A stretch of DNA of 64,000 nucleotides, taken from contig CAWAGQ010000011.1 of assembly GCA_963781585.1 (NCBI GenBank), positions 64,001-128,000 on the forward strand. The letters are read 5' to 3'. Below are positions 61,661 through 64,000 of this stretch, in pieces. The translations under genes were made by a program, and so were the position numbers. Each line of letters opens with the position of its first letter. Within the stretch, counting starts at the first letter, position 1. Below the pieces are notes generated by a model. That model did no database searches. It saw nothing but the letters and a program-made list of their open reading frames with translations, and had not been told where the DNA came from. The stretch is from an uncultured Gemmatimonadaceae bacterium. GTDB lineage: Bacteria; Gemmatimonadota; Gemmatimonadetes; Gemmatimonadales; Gemmatimonadaceae.

Positions 61661-61861
61661 GGAGCGCATCGCGGGCGTGCGTACTGTGGCCGCTCCAGCG
61701 CAGCACCGCCATACAGCAGGCAACGGCGCTGGCCAAACGGTCCGTGCTCTTGCTGCCCTCGCCGGGCACCGGCATCTTCGGTCTACGGTCCACCCAGCCT
61801 GCGACCTCTCCGGCACAACTGAAACCCCAAGCAACCTGCTGCCCGCGCCCGACCGGATTGA

Positions 61862-61920
61862 GTCCAACAGCAGATTCTTGACACGGCTTACGCGTATCAA
61901 GAATCTGTACGGCGTTAGGC
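61862..61920 (+). other. 59-bp attC-like site
   Basis: GTCCAAC ... GTTAGGC enclosing the perfect 11-bp inverted repeat CAGATTCTTGA/TCAAGAATCTG. Confidence 0.55.
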
Positions 61921-62049
61921 GTCACCAACTCTCACTAACATGCCCCAACAAGTGCCGCCATCGTCCAGAGCACCATCGCAGCATCTTGCCTTGATCATGG
62001 TCGTGTTCCTGTTCGGCACGGCATCGGGGGCGTTAGCCCAAAGTAATGG

Positions 62050-62175
62050 AGTCTCAAGACGACGAACCTGTTGGAGAGCGTGATGGCGCGCGTGCAAGAG
62101 AAAACCGCGCGCGTCGATCACTGGCGCACGAGCGATCAGAAGCTTCGCTGGTACGCTGCCGCACTCCTCGCCGTC
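62050..62175 (+). mobile_element. IS256-family transposase C-terminal fragment
   Basis: SLKTTNLLESVMARVQEKTARVDHWRTSDQKLRWYAAALL. Confidence 0.7.
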
Positions 62176-62991
62176 TGGGACTCCACGCTGGCGCAGGTGC
62201 GGCCGCGCTACTGGGACGTGCTCAGCTACCATCAGTATCCGCAGATCCGCGCCTCCGAGGCGGACCTCATCGCCGCTTTGAACGAGGTGCTGGCGAGCGA
62301 GACGGACGGCCGCGTGCGCGACTACGTCCGGCCGCTGTTCGGCAGCATGCCCATCATCATCACTGAGGCCGATCCGGGCAGCGGCTCGGCGCGGCCTGAA
62401 ACCAGCATGGTCGGGACGCTATATGGCGGGATCTGGGCGGCGGAGTACGCGGCGCGGCTGTCCACGCTGCCGCAGGTCTGGCACGTGGGCATGCATCAGC
62501 TCATAGGGCCGGCCGGGATCGACCTGGCCGACGATCACCGGATGGATGAGGCTACCGGCGCGGGGGCGGCCAGGGGGAGCATCGCGGGACTGGCGGGCGA
62601 GCTCTACCTGAGCGCGCAGGCCAGTGCGTACTCTCTCGCCGCCGAGGCGATCAATGCCGCCACGGCGAGTTATCGGACGCGCGTGACCGGCGGAGGGACT
62701 GCAGCGGCGCGCGCTCCCGGCCGCACGATTCCGGCGGTCTTCGCCCAGGCCTACCGGACTGCGGCGGGCACAACCCTCCTCGTCACGAACAAGGGAAGCC
62801 GTGCCTACCAGCTCGCGATCGTGCTCAATGGCAAACCGGTGGGATCTACCTTGCATGCGGAGCTAGTCACAGGTCCCGGGCCTGACGCGTGGAATAGTCC
62901 CATCCGGACCAGCGTCGTGCGACGGGATACGACCGTGGTCGGAACGGTGTCAATCCCCGCCTGGTCGGTGAGCCGCGTGACCTGGCCGTGA
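62176..62991 (+). pseudogene. C-terminal part of a secreted clan-A-like glycoside hydrolase
   Basis: WDVLSYHQY, PIIITE, LLVTNKG, IPAWSVSRVTW; a signal-peptide-like start at 61940-62050 is in another frame. Confidence 0.5.
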
Positions 62992-63053
62992 ACCGATCGC
63001 GAGTGAGAAACCTCGACCGTCGTTGAGGTATCTGGATCCGGCGCACCTGCTGA

Positions 63054-64000
63054 TTATCCACCGGCGCTATCGGATCGGAACTCGAGCACCACGGCACCCC
63101 CGGCCGGGAGGTTCAGCCGGATGGGAGTGGGCGAGAGGCCGAAGGCCCCAAACGGCCGCACACCATCTTCGTCGACGCGGACGATCCGGCCGCCCCGAAC
63201 GAGGCCATAGGCGGCCGGGTCCACCGTGAATGCAATGCTCGAACGCTCGTCGAGGATGCTCGCCACCGCGATCGCGACACTTCCGTCCGCGGCCCGCCAC
63301 GCACCCGCCAGGGCCGCCGGAGAGCGGCCGTCCGAAACCGTGGGGCCGCTGCGCTGCGCGGCGTAGATAGAGACACGCGAAAGCCGCACGTCGACGTCCG
63401 GCACGTTCAGCGCGGGGGGACGCAGGAACGTCCCATACAGCAGGTAGTCCAGCGCGCGGGCACGGATGCGCGCCAGGCGCATCATGTAGGCCGTCTCCTC
63501 GGGCCGCTCCACCAAGTCCGTCACCTGGAAATTGGCGATGGTCGGCTGGAGCCCCCAGACGAAGGACCGCGCCTGTTCCAGGTAGAATTGCCGCTGGAAC
63601 GTCCGGTCCATGAGTGCAAGGGGCTCGCTGGGAGCGTACTGGGCGGGCCAGAGGTCGTCGTACGGCGGCATGTGGAGACTCGAGTAGCTGCCGTAGGTGA
63701 TGCCGAAGGCGTGGTAGACCGCCTGGAACATGGGAATCGGCTCCCAGCCCGTCGCCGGGTCCGAGTACCGCTCCTGACTCACCTGGAGGGTGAGCATCAG
63801 ATCGAGGGAGGGTAGCCATGCCTCGCCGGCACCTTCCCCGGCGAGGACGAGATCCCGTCCCGCTCTCACCCGCCCGCGGATGTCCGACTCCAGCGCTTCG
63901 AAGCCACCCATCCAGTAGTTGCCACCGCCCACGGGGTGGCCGTGCGTCGAGTCGTAGCACACCAGCGACTGCACGGCCTGGTCCATGTAGATCCCGTCCA
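63054..64000 (-). CDS. DUF6259-like putative glycoside hydrolase, 5' part beyond the window
   Basis: DGIYMDQ, CYD.THGHP.GGG.YW, GEG.GE, PIPMFQAVYH, SFVWG.QP. Confidence 0.7.
   Translation of the reverse strand, partial: DGIYMDQAVQSLVCYDSTHGHPVGGGNYWMGGFEALESDIRGRVRAGRDLVLAGEGAGEAWLPSLDLMLTLQVSQERYSDPATGWEPIPMFQAVYHAFGITYGSYSSLHMPPYDDLWPAQYAPSEPLALMDRTFQRQFYLEQARSFVWGLQPTIANFQVTDLVERPEETAYMMRLARIRARALDYLLYGTFLRPPALNVPDVDVRLSRVSIYAAQRSGPTVSDGRSPAALAGAWRAADGSVAIAVASILDERSSIAFTVDPAAYGLVRGGRIVRVDEDGVRPFGAFGLSPTPIRLNLPAGGAVVLEFRSDSAGG

Overview
GC-rich bacterial chromosomal window. The gene repertoire (signal-peptide beta-propellers, Ser/Thr kinase-TPR, Uma2 nucleases, multiheme-TPR cytochrome) suggests Gemmatimonadota, which is an inference. 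Several genes carry frameshifts that look like assembly indels. The window holds two large cell-envelope glycosylation loci (about 4.9-14.0 kb and 35.7-49.1 kb), catabolic and housekeeping accessory genes, and a decayed mobile region at about 56-63 kb. Main observations: (1) a 404-bp internally deleted IS110/IS621-like element inserted at a CT core inside a REP-like palindrome. It keeps a circle-junction promoter and a bridge-RNA-like region whose guide segments match its own target and donor. (2) An integrase-less integron cassette array with 2 clear and 2 weaker attC sites; one cassette is split by an IS3 element with a 3-bp duplication. (3) The heptamer CCTAACG/CGTTAGG recurs about 20 times, often inside genes. 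(4) Related 23-bp and 29-bp tandem arrays sit between divergent genes in both glycosylation loci. All calls were made by eye without database searches.
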